Notes: generated from the letters alone by a model not told the origin. A stretch of DNA of 14,005 nt from Candidatus Altiarchaeota archaeon (GCA_043804895.1 JAZDIN010000051.1:1-14005), one strand, 5' to 3'; shown: positions 6,801-14,005, counted from the stretch's first letter. Numbers and translations: made by a program.

Positions 6801-9800
6801 GTCCAGGATTCTGCTTCTGGATAGTGCAGCGCTGTCAGGCAGCTGTTCTTTGAGGACGGTTATCTCATTTTTGAGGAGTACTTCGTCATATATCTTCACG
6901 CCCTTCTTCCTTGTCTTAACTTCCCTTTCTGTTATGTTCCTCATGATTTTCGCCCGCTCTTTCAGGATGTTAGGTTGGTGGAATTCGACGATGTAGCCTG
7001 AGATTTCCGGTTCCTCTACTGTTGAGACGTTAGTTGAAACGACGGTGTTGTAGAGCATCCTCTCCTCTGTCGCGTTCCCTCCTATGAACGAGACATCCAC
7101 TTGGTCTCCGTCAGCGTCAGAAAGGGATGCACTCAGTGTCACAAAGTTGCCGACTGAGGTGATGCCATCTGCTGGGGAGAGGAAAGATATCGTCGGCGGA
7201 TTGTTCATGCTGCACCATAAGGGATTTTGCGCTATCATTACATTCCCGTCAGCAGCGTCTGCTGTTTCGCCTGACCCTCCGCTTCCGTCGAATGAGATTG
7301 TGCTATTTTCTAGTGTGTCGCAGTATCCTATTGCAATCGAACCGCCTCCCCCTCCGGTTCCTCCGATGCTGTCTCCTCCGCTCACGTTCAATGTTTGGGC
7401 GAGCGTGATGTCCCTGGCTTCGACCGTTATCGCCCCGCCTGACCCGCCTACTCCTCCATTGACGTCAACTCCGCCGTATGCGTTCAATCCTGCAGTCACT
7501 TCAGCCTTACCCTTGTGCGCTGCCACAGTTATTGTCCCGCCTCCGTTGTTCACTGACTGGTCTGATGTCCCCGAAGATGCGGATAGGTCGCAGGTTACTG
7601 TGATGTCGGAGGCTGTAGAGTTCAATCTTATTATTCCGCCTCTGCCTCCGGAGCCTGTCTGGGAGTCTCCCCCTGTTACGTTAGCGCATCCCATATGTAT
7701 CGCGCCTGATGCTGTGAGCGTAATATCCCCCCCGGGTCCTCCGTTGTCGTACCTTGAGTAACTGCCTGATGCGGATACGTCAGCGACTGTGATGCTGTCC
7801 TTAGAGTGTATCATCACTTGGCCTCCTCCTTTACTAGCCTGGTTATTTGAGGCCCCTGACTTCGTGGATATGTGGTTGACGTCAACCCATGAGCCGGCTG
7901 TGATGGTCACTTTGCCTCCACTTCCTCCGCTGCCGCCTTCAGTGGGCAAGAGGTCCACATCGCCTCCGTCCGTGGTTATATATCCTGACACTGACGCTGT
8001 CTTGGATTGTATTAATACATCGCCTCCGTCTCCGCCGTCAAGCGAGATAGAATCTGAGGAGCAGTCTCCTCCACTTGTTATTATCCCCCCATCTATCCTC
8101 ACATTATCAGCCTTAACGCTGACTGCCCCACCGTCCGGTTCCTGGACTTCATATCTTCCGCTGAATAGTATGACCCTGCCTGTCGCATTCACGAGGCCTT
8201 CGGGGGTTACCGTAAAGTTCCCTGTGCTGTTGAAGTAGATGTTGGTTGAGGAGTTCTCGCCTGATTCGAGGAGGTTGATTGTGCCGTTGACTGTTATATC
8301 CTGCGCTGAGCATATGTAGCCTCTTTGTGTGCTATCGTACGAGCATAACGGGCTGTCTAGGATGTCGTCGATGCTTGTGAGGACGATGCTCTGCGGCAAC
8401 GTCGCGTTACTCCATTCGACTATGAGCGTCGGCTTCCCCCCTGCTGCACTTGATGAGGTTAGTGAAGCGTAGTCCGCTGGGTTGCTTTCATCGAGAGAGG
8501 ATAATCCAACCGAGAATATGTTCCCCGGGAGTCTCGCCTTCAGGTCCTTCCTACCCCTTGCGCCGAGGCGGAACGTCTTAATCCCTTTAGAGTCGCATTT
8601 GTTGTTGAGGTCATATCTTGTGCCGTTGCCTATCTCCTCGTATAGTCCGTTAGCATCGGATGTCAGCGCATAATATGTTCCTGTGTCGCCCATCTGGTTG
8701 ACTGCGCATGAGCATTGGGTGCAGCCTTCCTCCATCTGGCTTTCAACGTTGACCCTTAATCTGACGTCGGAGATGGATGCGTCATCAGGTATCCCGCTCA
8801 CGTTAAAGTCTATGAAGCTCCTGGATACCGTGTCCGAGTTGTTTCCTAGGGGGAGGATTAGCGAGTCAGTGACCATGCTCCCGCCGTCGCTGTCCCCGTC
8901 TAATGTGACGTTCCCGCCACCCAAAGACCATGTGGGGTCGACGACGACGGGGTATCTTGCGTTCTTCATGAACTTCTCATCCAAGGTCATCGTATACAGG
9001 TAGTCTCTGGACTCCCAGGATAGTTCATCAGACACTTTCCCGCGTCTGCCGCGTGCGTCGTACATGTAAGGCTGGGAGAACCCGAACACCCTGACGTTGT
9101 TCCTGTCGTAGAATCCGTACCCTCCCGCCTCCTCCTTGAGTTGGAGTTTGGCGAGGGTGAGAACGAACTCGAATCTCCTGGGTGCGCTGTCGTTGTTGAG
9201 GATTATCACCTCCTTAAGCCTCCTGGGGCCGACCGAGTATATGAGGTCTGAGGCGTTCCATATGTTCAGGTAGGCTATCGTGTCGCCGCTTGCGAGGGCT
9301 GGCACATTGTTCGCATCCTTGGGTGTGGACAGGACGTAGCCTGAGCCGACGCCAAACCTTAACGGCCCGGATGCTGAGCTGAAGTATGTTGCGTAGTCGA
9401 CGTCAGCTACCGAGTAGTCGAAGTCCTCCGTTACCTCAGGGATTATGTGAGTGTCATATTCCTTCCATGTTCCATTTTCGAGGTAGTTGAGGGGTTCCAT
9501 GCTTATCTCGGAGGTGAGTGACCCGTCTGTGTTGATGAAGCTTCTGATGAATGCGCCGGTTGTGTTGGCGTCGCTCACCCTCTTGTCAACGTACATCCTG
9601 AACGTCCTGTTGCCCGAGTATGGTAGGCGCCATCCGGCCCAGTCTACCAACCCGTCACTGTCGGCGTCCGTGAGTGATAGATTGTAAAGGGGGTCGTTGC
9701 TTAGGTCATAGAGTAATCCTCCGTCGTCCTCGAAGAGGACTATCCTGTTGCGTTCGACCTTCGGAACGTTCGAGTACGCTATGACGTCCTTGTATTCTGT

Positions 9801-11636
9801 GACGCTCTCGACTGCGATGTTCTTCACCCACAAGTCCTCAGAATCGTATGAGACGTTCTCTTTCTTGGTGGGTCCGGGGGTGTCGTAGTACATGGTGTAG
9901 TTGCGTCCTCCAGTGAACACGCTCTGATACTGCCTATCCTTTGAACCTGACTCAGTAGTATCTGTGATGTTGAGCGTTTCCCCAGTCTTGTCATCGACTA
10001 TTCGAAGGTCCTGCGCAAATATGGGAGCAGTTACAACAACCTTGAAACTCAACTGCTTTGAATACCTTGTCGTTATCCTCGTGTACCATGAAACCGGGCT
10101 GTCAACGACCGCAGACCCCGGGTATGTCATTCCGCTATAGTCCAGGAAGTAGTCTAACACGCTCACATTGACTCCTGCGTAGAGGCCGGAGTGGCCTGCC
10201 CAAAAGGTGACTACGCTGTCGTTCTCCTTGAAGTCGACAGTGAACGGAACCCAGTTGAGGCAGTGGAAAGTCAGATAGTCGAATTCAGTGCACTCTGATA
10301 TCATAGTGACATCCCCCCTCTTCCTCAACGTAACAGTCATGTTATCGAACTCTAATTCAGGCGTCAACGCCACCACCCCAGTGGCCACGTTCGAGTCGTT
10401 GACGTCGTCAAAGACTGCGTTGATGCTCTCAGGCGTCCTCCTCAACCCATAAATCACAGCCTCTGAGGGGGATATTTGTGGTGCTGGCTCCTCAAGGTAT
10501 TTTGCCCCACCCCCAACTGCCGGGGCTTCAGTAGGCGAGCTAACTACATAAGGTATTGTGTTCGTTGAAGGCTTAGAGCTGAGTAGTAAAGTTACATTCC
10601 CCCCCTTTTGGCTCACCTCATAGTGGCCGAGGGGATTGTTATCCTTATCGGTGACTGACACTGCCAGGTCTGATATCCCAGCCATCGAATAATTTATACT
10701 CCCCCTCACGTTGCTCAGGTATTCGGCTTTTTCTAGGTGCAGTACCGTCCTGCCTCCCACTTCGGCGTTCAATATCAAGTCTTTAGAGATGTTGGTGAGC
10801 TCGCAGGATTCAGCGCATGCGTTCTCGAACATGAACTTCGGGTTGTAGAACAAACCAGGCTTGAACGCCCAACCGCCTTTCCTGACGAAGTACGTGGAGT
10901 TCCCCTCCTTCAGGTTTATGTCAGCGTAGACTACCCTGGCTCCGACGACGTTCTTATCTTCGATGATGGCAGCGCCGTAAGATAGGTAGTACGGGTCATC
11001 CCAGTTTTTGTATTGCACCGGTACTAGGCCGTATAAGAGGCAGCATGTTTCGCTGCCGTAACATACGGTGGTGATGTTGCCTGAGGAGGTTGAGTAAACC
11101 TGCCATAACGTGCACAGGTTGTTTTCCTTAGGAGTGAAGGCGAACGTGCTACCCTTAACACTATAGTCTATGGAGGAGTAGTAATATTCTCTCCCGTTAT
11201 CGTCAGCATCCCATATGCTCCCTGAAGCGTAATCCAATGTTGTGGTGACCTCATCTGAGGCGTCGGAGCTCGAATTCATGAGAGCCACTATCTCAGATAC
11301 GTTCTCATCCAGTATCGGCTTCACTTCAGTCAACATGCTACTGTTGAACACGAGAATCCTCCTATCCCCATCGATGACGTAGACGGCCGCATCATCGCCT
11401 CCTGTCGCGTAACCGCTCAGTCTCAGAGACGCCGGAGCAGCAGTCAAGGAAGCATTGACTGTGACGTTGCCGTTCACATCCAAGTCCAGAATGTCAGTGT
11501 AGCGCATCGGCCCGGACACCGCCATCCCAGTCAAACTGGGATTCAGGAAGTATATGGCGGCCATCGCGGAGGCGACAAGCGCCACCAGTATTAACGGCGT
11601 GTTACCCCCATTCTCAGCCCTCACGGTAAGTGCCAT
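3840..11636 (-). CDS. Giant (~2600 aa) secreted mosaic surface protein with S8 subtilisin-like serine protease, LamG, DNRLRE-like, Ig-like and Gly-rich beta-helix regions
   Basis: Uninterrupted 7.8 kb ORF; first ATG at 11636 (start uncertain, TTG 11642 and GTG 11624 are alternatives). N-terminal hydrophobic helix PLILVALVASAMAAIYFL is followed by NPSLTGMAV. S8 motifs VIDTGVD, HGTHTAG, AAGN and GTSVAAPHVAG; LamG motifs TVSAWIKP, WQFVAMTWD and FNGSIDEVAVWNRSLS. Confidence 0.95.
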   Translation of the reverse strand: MALTVRAENGGNTPLILVALVASAMAAIYFLNPSLTGMAVSGPMRYTDILDLDVNGNVTVNASLTAAPASLRLSGYATGGDDAAVYVIDGDRRILVFNSSMLTEVKPILDENVSEIVALMNSSSDASDEVTTTLDYASGSIWDADDNGREYYYSSIDYSVKGSTFAFTPKENNLCTLWQVYSTSSGNITTVCYGSETCCLLYGLVPVQYKNWDDPYYLSYGAAIIEDKNVVGARVVYADINLKEGNSTYFVRKGGWAFKPGLFYNPKFMFENACAESCELTNISKDLILNAEVGGRTVLHLEKAEYLSNVRGSINYSMAGISDLAVSVTDKDNNPLGHYEVSQKGGNVTLLLSSKPSTNTIPYVVSSPTEAPAVGGGAKYLEEPAPQISPSEAVIYGLRRTPESINAVFDDVNDSNVATGVVALTPELEFDNMTVTLRKRGDVTMISECTEFDYLTFHCLNWVPFTVDFKENDSVVTFWAGHSGLYAGVNVSVLDYFLDYSGMTYPGSAVVDSPVSWYTRITTRYSKQLSFKVVVTAPIFAQDLRIVDDKTGETLNITDTTESGSKDRQYQSVFTGGRNYTMYYDTPGPTKKENVSYDSEDLWVKNIAVESVTEYKDVIAYSNVPKVERNRIVLFEDDGGLLYDLSNDPLYNLSLTDADSDGLVDWAGWRLPYSGNRTFRMYVDKRVSDANTTGAFIRSFINTDGSLTSEISMEPLNYLENGTWKEYDTHIIPEVTEDFDYSVADVDYATYFSSASGPLRFGVGSGYVLSTPKDANNVPALASGDTIAYLNIWNASDLIYSVGPRRLKEVIILNNDSAPRRFEFVLTLAKLQLKEEAGGYGFYDRNNVRVFGFSQPYMYDARGRRGKVSDELSWESRDYLYTMTLDEKFMKNARYPVVVDPTWSLGGGNVTLDGDSDGGSMVTDSLILPLGNNSDTVSRSFIDFNVSGIPDDASISDVRLRVNVESQMEEGCTQCSCAVNQMGDTGTYYALTSDANGLYEEIGNGTRYDLNNKCDSKGIKTFRLGARGRKDLKARLPGNIFSVGLSSLDESNPADYASLTSSSAAGGKPTLIVEWSNATLPQSIVLTSIDDILDSPLCSYDSTQRGYICSAQDITVNGTINLLESGENSSTNIYFNSTGNFTVTPEGLVNATGRVILFSGRYEVQEPDGGAVSVKADNVRIDGGIITSGGDCSSDSISLDGGDGGDVLIQSKTASVSGYITTDGGDVDLLPTEGGSGGSGGKVTITAGSWVDVNHISTKSGASNNQASKGGGQVMIHSKDSITVADVSASGSYSRYDNGGPGGDITLTASGAIHMGCANVTGGDSQTGSGGRGGIIRLNSTASDITVTCDLSASSGTSDQSVNNGGGTITVAAHKGKAEVTAGLNAYGGVDVNGGVGGSGGAITVEARDITLAQTLNVSGGDSIGGTGGGGGSIAIGYCDTLENSTISFDGSGGSGETADAADGNVMIAQNPLWCSMNNPPTISFLSPADGITSVGNFVTLSASLSDADGDQVDVSFIGGNATEERMLYNTVVSTNVSTVEEPEISGYIVEFHQPNILKERAKIMRNITEREVKTRKKGVKIYDEVLLKNEITVLKEQLPDSAALSRSRILDEQKTALRAIQDNIPTLKDGRRIKQRFISLFNGMTLNLTREEAEELRNMPQVKSVYPNYKVDATLMDSVPLIGADTVWQLWDPEDNEITGSNVTIAVIDTGVDYTHPDLGGCLGPGCKVAGGWDFVNNDSDPMDDNGHGTHTAGVAAGDGALKGVAPGATILAYKALKSDGSGSYSDVLAAIEKASDPNGDGDYSDHADIILLALGTSCGTYSQYCGPDDPLSTSVDNAADNGIVIVVAAGNGGGTGTITSPATARKAITVAASDKNDRIADFNSKGPVEWGTGVLLKPDITAPGVNICSARWDSILPGSLCLDGSHITRSGTSVAAPHVAGAAALLLQNWGDLDQTEVKSLLKSTATDLGYDILTQGQGRVNLRGIFNSTTLPPIAEIYTMNGTTGGLIQFLGTARGTDFSRYELSVADGYGADGEFTLLYTGYSEVADSVLYTWNVSELPEDGRYTLRLRAIQHDSQETDSYALAKTARGLPPALIKVTYDWTNLTDGIYHWNVNVSDGKTSTGSLQRTFTIGAGVVIQWGGGGAPTAPNVTLQTPLHMSIAPETFRILNATVADLNNDTLGVWIYAGNSSSDVTRLVYYNQTVYNDTWVNYNITALPASSTYDSDMIMLYHLDNDSKYGENDTWVYDHSGYGYNGTAMAGALPNETGKYGMAFSLNGTDSYIHIPNPGDVLKRKNMTVSAWIKPYIPSTSFPRIVDRKIEGQFSLYWNTTNNALEGHVIHGNGLSNGTGTYAPCTSIISLNEWQFVAMTWDSIILRLYHNGAECGSDTTGTGLLADSTDNIGIGRLCFGCPDISTFEFNGSIDEVAVWNRSLSADEILDLYRLKNGSYWWYVNATDGGFYTNTTKWMFTVGEAPGNANPVFGYRNIQPVEESANDSYIIDDEVGELPPCIYCVDRTLKVGKLTYSFRSLLWFNTTQIPANATLNQTILSLYLYNSSYSIKDTAYNLTNTWDESQTTWEDRQTDVQWDIEGGDYV
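3843..4178 (-). other. N-terminal half of a DNRLRE (CBM96-like) domain, ending at the stop codon
   Basis: NIQP....ANDSYI...LKVG....FRSLLWFNTTQIPANATLNQTILSLYLY...AYNLTNTWDESQTTW......WDIEGGDYV, then TGA. Confidence 0.8.
4299..4976 (-). other. LamG / concanavalin A-like lectin domain
   Basis: LYHLDN, DHSGYGYNGT, GKYGMAFSLNGTDSYI, MTVSAWIKP, WQFVAMTWD..ILRLYHNG, FNGSIDEVAVWNRSLSADEI. Confidence 0.9.
5685..7000 (-). other. I9-type propeptide plus S8 subtilase catalytic domain
   Basis: Triad Asp at 6507-6509, His at 6390-6392, Ser at 5832-5834; oxyanion Asn in AAGN. Propeptide motifs YIVEF, FNGMTLNL and VKSVYPN, then LMDSVPLIGA. No PA domain insertion is visible. Confidence 0.93.
7228..8135 (-). 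repeat. Gly-rich protein-level tandem repeats (about 9 units of ~33 aa), probable beta-helix stalk
   Basis: Recurring GGxGG-x-[VI]-x-[IL]-x-[AS] units: DGGAVSVKA, GGDGGDVLIQS, GGSGGKVTITA, KGGGQVMIHS, GGPGGDITLTA, GGRGGIIRLNS, NGGGTITVAA, GGSGGAITVEA, GGGGGSIAIG. Confidence 0.8.
8412..8900 (-). other. Complete DNRLRE-like domain
   Basis: SRSFIDFNVSGIPDDASISDVRLRVNV ... FSVGL ... LTSS ... KPTLIVEW. Confidence 0.65.
8931..9551 (-). other. Module resembling the N-terminal region of Gram-positive WapA/Rhs-type secreted proteins
   Basis: F.N.DGS.T.EI...P.NY...G.W...DT; Y..IW...DL.Y......LKE.IIL....AP..F.F; F....PYMYDA.G; YPVVVDPT directly followed by a DNRLRE-like domain. Recognised from memory only. 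Confidence 0.6.
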
Positions 11637-11697
11637 ATTCAAAAAGTCAAGACTATAAGATATTTGGCATTACCTAGTAAAATAACCGAGAATTAGG

Positions 11698-14004
11698 CTA
11701 GAAACCAGGCCTGTCCGGAGGCAGGTCCACTCTATCGGGAGGCTCCGACTCCCTAGGCGGGCCTATATCCCACGCACTAGCCTTATACTCGTAGCCTAGG
11801 TACTTTTTTAAGAACTCCCTCGCGTCCATCTCGCGTATATCCTCTGAATATTCATACTTCTTACGGTCCAACGTAATGTCCACAACCTTATCTTGTCCCC
11901 AAGCACCATCTTTCCCGATGCCTTTGGATATGTAACACAGGTTGCCAAGTATGGAACCCATGTTCGGCGGTTCTCGGTTCACTCTCTTCGAATTTTCTAT
12001 GCACCAGAGGATATGGTTCCTCAACAAGGCCATTCTCCTTGTATTCCAGGAGACGCAATGACTCTCCAGCATCATAATCTCCTCGTCTGTCATCCTCTCT
12101 GCCTTCACTGGCACGTATTTCGCGTCGTCGTCGAATGACCTATTCACCATAGCTGACTCACGCTTATACGGGTTAGGATCTACCAGTTTAATTCTCACTT
12201 CAAAAAAATCCCCTAGGGAGTTATCTTCCGTGACGTTGTAGGCTAGCAACATCCGTCTGTCTTTGTCGAAATCGATAGTGAGTGTGGCTCTCCTACCCTC
12301 TACCATCCACCGTGCGTCCATCGGCTTGGGTCCGAGGTTGAGGTGCACCAAATCTCCGTTCACCACTCCCTTGTCTTTATATGCGGCCGTGACGGATTCC
12401 GTGAGCGCGCGTATTCCGACTTCATATGCCCAATCAAACTTTTCCTTGGAACTTGAAGGCCACTTTCCGTCTTCAACGTCGAATCTCCTGAACATGTCCT
12501 GGGACGTCAAGGATTCGGTGGGGGCGTCGATGGTGACATCCCTGCTCTTGTACCTGCACATTATGGGGTTTTCTAAGGTGTAGGGTTTTATGATGTAGGG
12601 TGTGTCATCTGAAAGCCGCACATCATGCACCTCATAGAGTATGCCTTTGTTGTGTTCGTCGTCGTAGAGTTTCCACGTGAGGTCCAGGTGCCTGCCTGGC
12701 GCAAGCTTAATGGCTAATTTTGCGTAGTCCCCACTAGCCCTATTTGGAGTATTTTCAGGTATGTTGTACTTGTACCACACTCCCTCCACGGCATGGTCGC
12801 CCACCTTGAAGTACACGCTCTGCGCTGACGGCCGTATCCCGTCATGCCTGTCCAACGCCCAGATGCCTTTCACAGCCTCAGTTATGTTTTTGACTGCTTT
12901 ATCGAAGCGTCCGTACACTTCACTGTCGTATGTGAGCCTCTCTGTGCTGCCCTCCTTGTCAGCCCCCTCCTTCGGCATCGGCAGTCTCCCGTTCCCGTCG
13001 TACAGTTCTAAGAAGTCGGATATGTCGACTGGGATTAACCCCATAGCCTGCACTGGAGGCTCACGACTGAGGCCGAGTCCTCTGCCGGCCTTGTGGAACA
13101 TCGAGGCTTTTCTATCGAATATTAGGCCGAATGGTTCGCCATACTTTGTCGAATAGTTCTGCGAGATTGTGTGTGATTGTGGGCGGGCCCAGTAGTCGTA
13201 GCTTTCGAAGGTCACCTTATCGAGGTCGCCTCGGCTACCGTCTTCCTTAAGGTCCCATGTGACTTTTATGTCTTTTTTAATCTCCCCCTCTGCGGATTCG
13301 GGTCTCAGCAACAGGTGTATCAGTTTATCCCTCTCATCCTTCCAGTATTCAGCTTTAACCTCTGTTCCATCCTCCATCTTCAGGGCTTTCACATTCCCCT
13401 TCTCCATGATGAACTTGAATCCCCCCTTCCCAGGATTCATCCACTCATTTTCATCCCGTCCGTGCAAGCCCCTTATGAGTCTGTCTACGCCGTATGTGAA
13501 TGCGTAATCTACCTTCCTCATGTCCTCTTCGTTGAGTTTTCCGTCGACGAGCCCGGGGAGTCTCCCGTCCTTGTCGTATACAGCAAGGAGGTCGCTTAAT
13601 GCGAGTGGCCCATGGGTCCATGTTATCGGTCGGTCCTCATCTCCCCCAGGAGTCATGAGTTTCCCGTCAGGGTAGGTTTTACTGAGGGAATGCACGATTT
13701 TTCCGCTGTCATCCCTCTCATGTATGCTCGCCTGATAGGGGTGTGGGGCCAATTGGCCTTCTTCGTTACATTCCCAGTGGATTGAGAGATTCTTTTTCTC
13801 CCCTAAGGGGATTGTCAGCGTGGCGTAGGATAATCCGCTCGTTCTCCTCGCCTTAACCCACGACCCATGCACTCTCTGGCCGTCTGCAAATATGAAATCC
13901 ACGTCCTGAAACGAAAATTTCACGCCTTTCCCGCTGATCTCATCGATTAACCCACCGACATCAGAGAAGGCCGCCTCAACCGCACTCTTGTGCTTCTCAT
14001 CATA
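11698..14004 (-). CDS. Hypothetical protein with about four degenerate 170-190 aa repeats, 5'-truncated by window edge
   Basis: The frame stays open upstream of the track's GTG 13923 to the window end (YDEKHKSAVEAAFSDVGGLIDEISGKG). Charged composition with no TM helix in the visible part. Repeated motifs DLLAVYDKDGRLP, DFLELYDGNGRLP and DMFRRFDVEDGKWP. Confidence 0.85.
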   Translation of the reverse strand, partial: YDEKHKSAVEAAFSDVGGLIDEISGKGVKFSFQDVDFIFADGQRVHGSWVKARRTSGLSYATLTIPLGEKKNLSIHWECNEEGQLAPHPYQASIHERDDSGKIVHSLSKTYPDGKLMTPGGDEDRPITWTHGPLALSDLLAVYDKDGRLPGLVDGKLNEEDMRKVDYAFTYGVDRLIRGLHGRDENEWMNPGKGGFKFIMEKGNVKALKMEDGTEVKAEYWKDERDKLIHLLLRPESAEGEIKKDIKVTWDLKEDGSRGDLDKVTFESYDYWARPQSHTISQNYSTKYGEPFGLIFDRKASMFHKAGRGLGLSREPPVQAMGLIPVDISDFLELYDGNGRLPMPKEGADKEGSTERLTYDSEVYGRFDKAVKNITEAVKGIWALDRHDGIRPSAQSVYFKVGDHAVEGVWYKYNIPENTPNRASGDYAKLAIKLAPGRHLDLTWKLYDDEHNKGILYEVHDVRLSDDTPYIIKPYTLENPIMCRYKSRDVTIDAPTESLTSQDMFRRFDVEDGKWPSSSKEKFDWAYEVGIRALTESVTAAYKDKGVVNGDLVHLNLGPKPMDARWMVEGRRATLTIDFDKDRRMLLAYNVTEDNSLGDFFEVRIKLVDPNPYKRESAMVNRSFDDDAKYVPVKAERMTDEEIMMLESHCVSWNTRRMALLRNHILWCIENSKRVNREPPNMGSILGNLCYISKGIGKDGAWGQDKVVDITLDRKKYEYSEDIREMDAREFLKKYLGYEYKASAWDIGPPRESEPPDRVDLPPDRPGF

Positions 14005-14005
14005 T

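Noticed and set aside
7084-8238. Pro-rich plus-strand ORFs of 225 and 149 aa
   Set aside because: They are antisense shadows of the Gly-rich repeats (GGN codons read as Pro on the other strand).
9900-11636. Apparent shift in strand base skew in the 5' part of the giant gene, suggesting a different origin
   Set aside because: This is an impression from a few lines and could reflect amino-acid composition; it needs a sliding-window codon analysis.
11654-11667. Promoter for the giant gene (CCAAATATCTTATA)
   Set aside because: TTATA is only 22 nt from ATG 11636, unlike the 29-31 nt seen elsewhere. It would fit only a later start such as GTG 11624, so it was left uncalled.
410-13599. Other plus-strand ORFs and short alternative-frame minus-strand ORFs in the track
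   Set aside because: They overlap well-supported minus-strand genes and show no recognisable motifs.
1-14005. CRISPR arrays, tRNA/rRNA, IS elements, inteins, diversity-generating retroelement repeats
   Set aside because: I saw no DNA-level repeat arrays, RNA gene signatures, transposase or RT motifs, or intein splice motifs; intergenic gaps are about 60 nt or shorter.

Overview
All credible genes are on the minus strand. The window reads as an archaeal cell-surface locus, most like DPANN/Altiarchaeota-type genomes (inferred from TATA-like boxes about 30 nt upstream of ATGs, dense N-x-S/T sequons and an N-terminal 'PSLTGMAV' motif). In transcription order it holds: (1) a 5'-truncated, probably cytoplasmic protein with about four degenerate 170-190 aa repeats; (2) a ~2600 aa secreted mosaic protein with a WapA/Rhs-like N-module, DNRLRE-like domain, Gly-rich beta-helix, I9 propeptide plus intact S8 subtilase, LamG and half of a second DNRLRE-like domain; (3) a small Cys-rich membrane protein; (4) a ~627 aa secreted protein with the complementary DNRLRE half, cadherin/Ig domains and a WxL/pilin-like C-terminus; (5, 6) two paralogous DUF916/WxLIP-like proteins, the second not in the ORF track and cut by the window edge. 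The best signals are two nested domains apparently split between genes 2 and 4, repeated insertion of whole domains into Ig-like scaffolds, and resemblance to a Gram-positive WxL/Csc surface-display system in an archaeon. All family calls come from motif recognition, not database searches.
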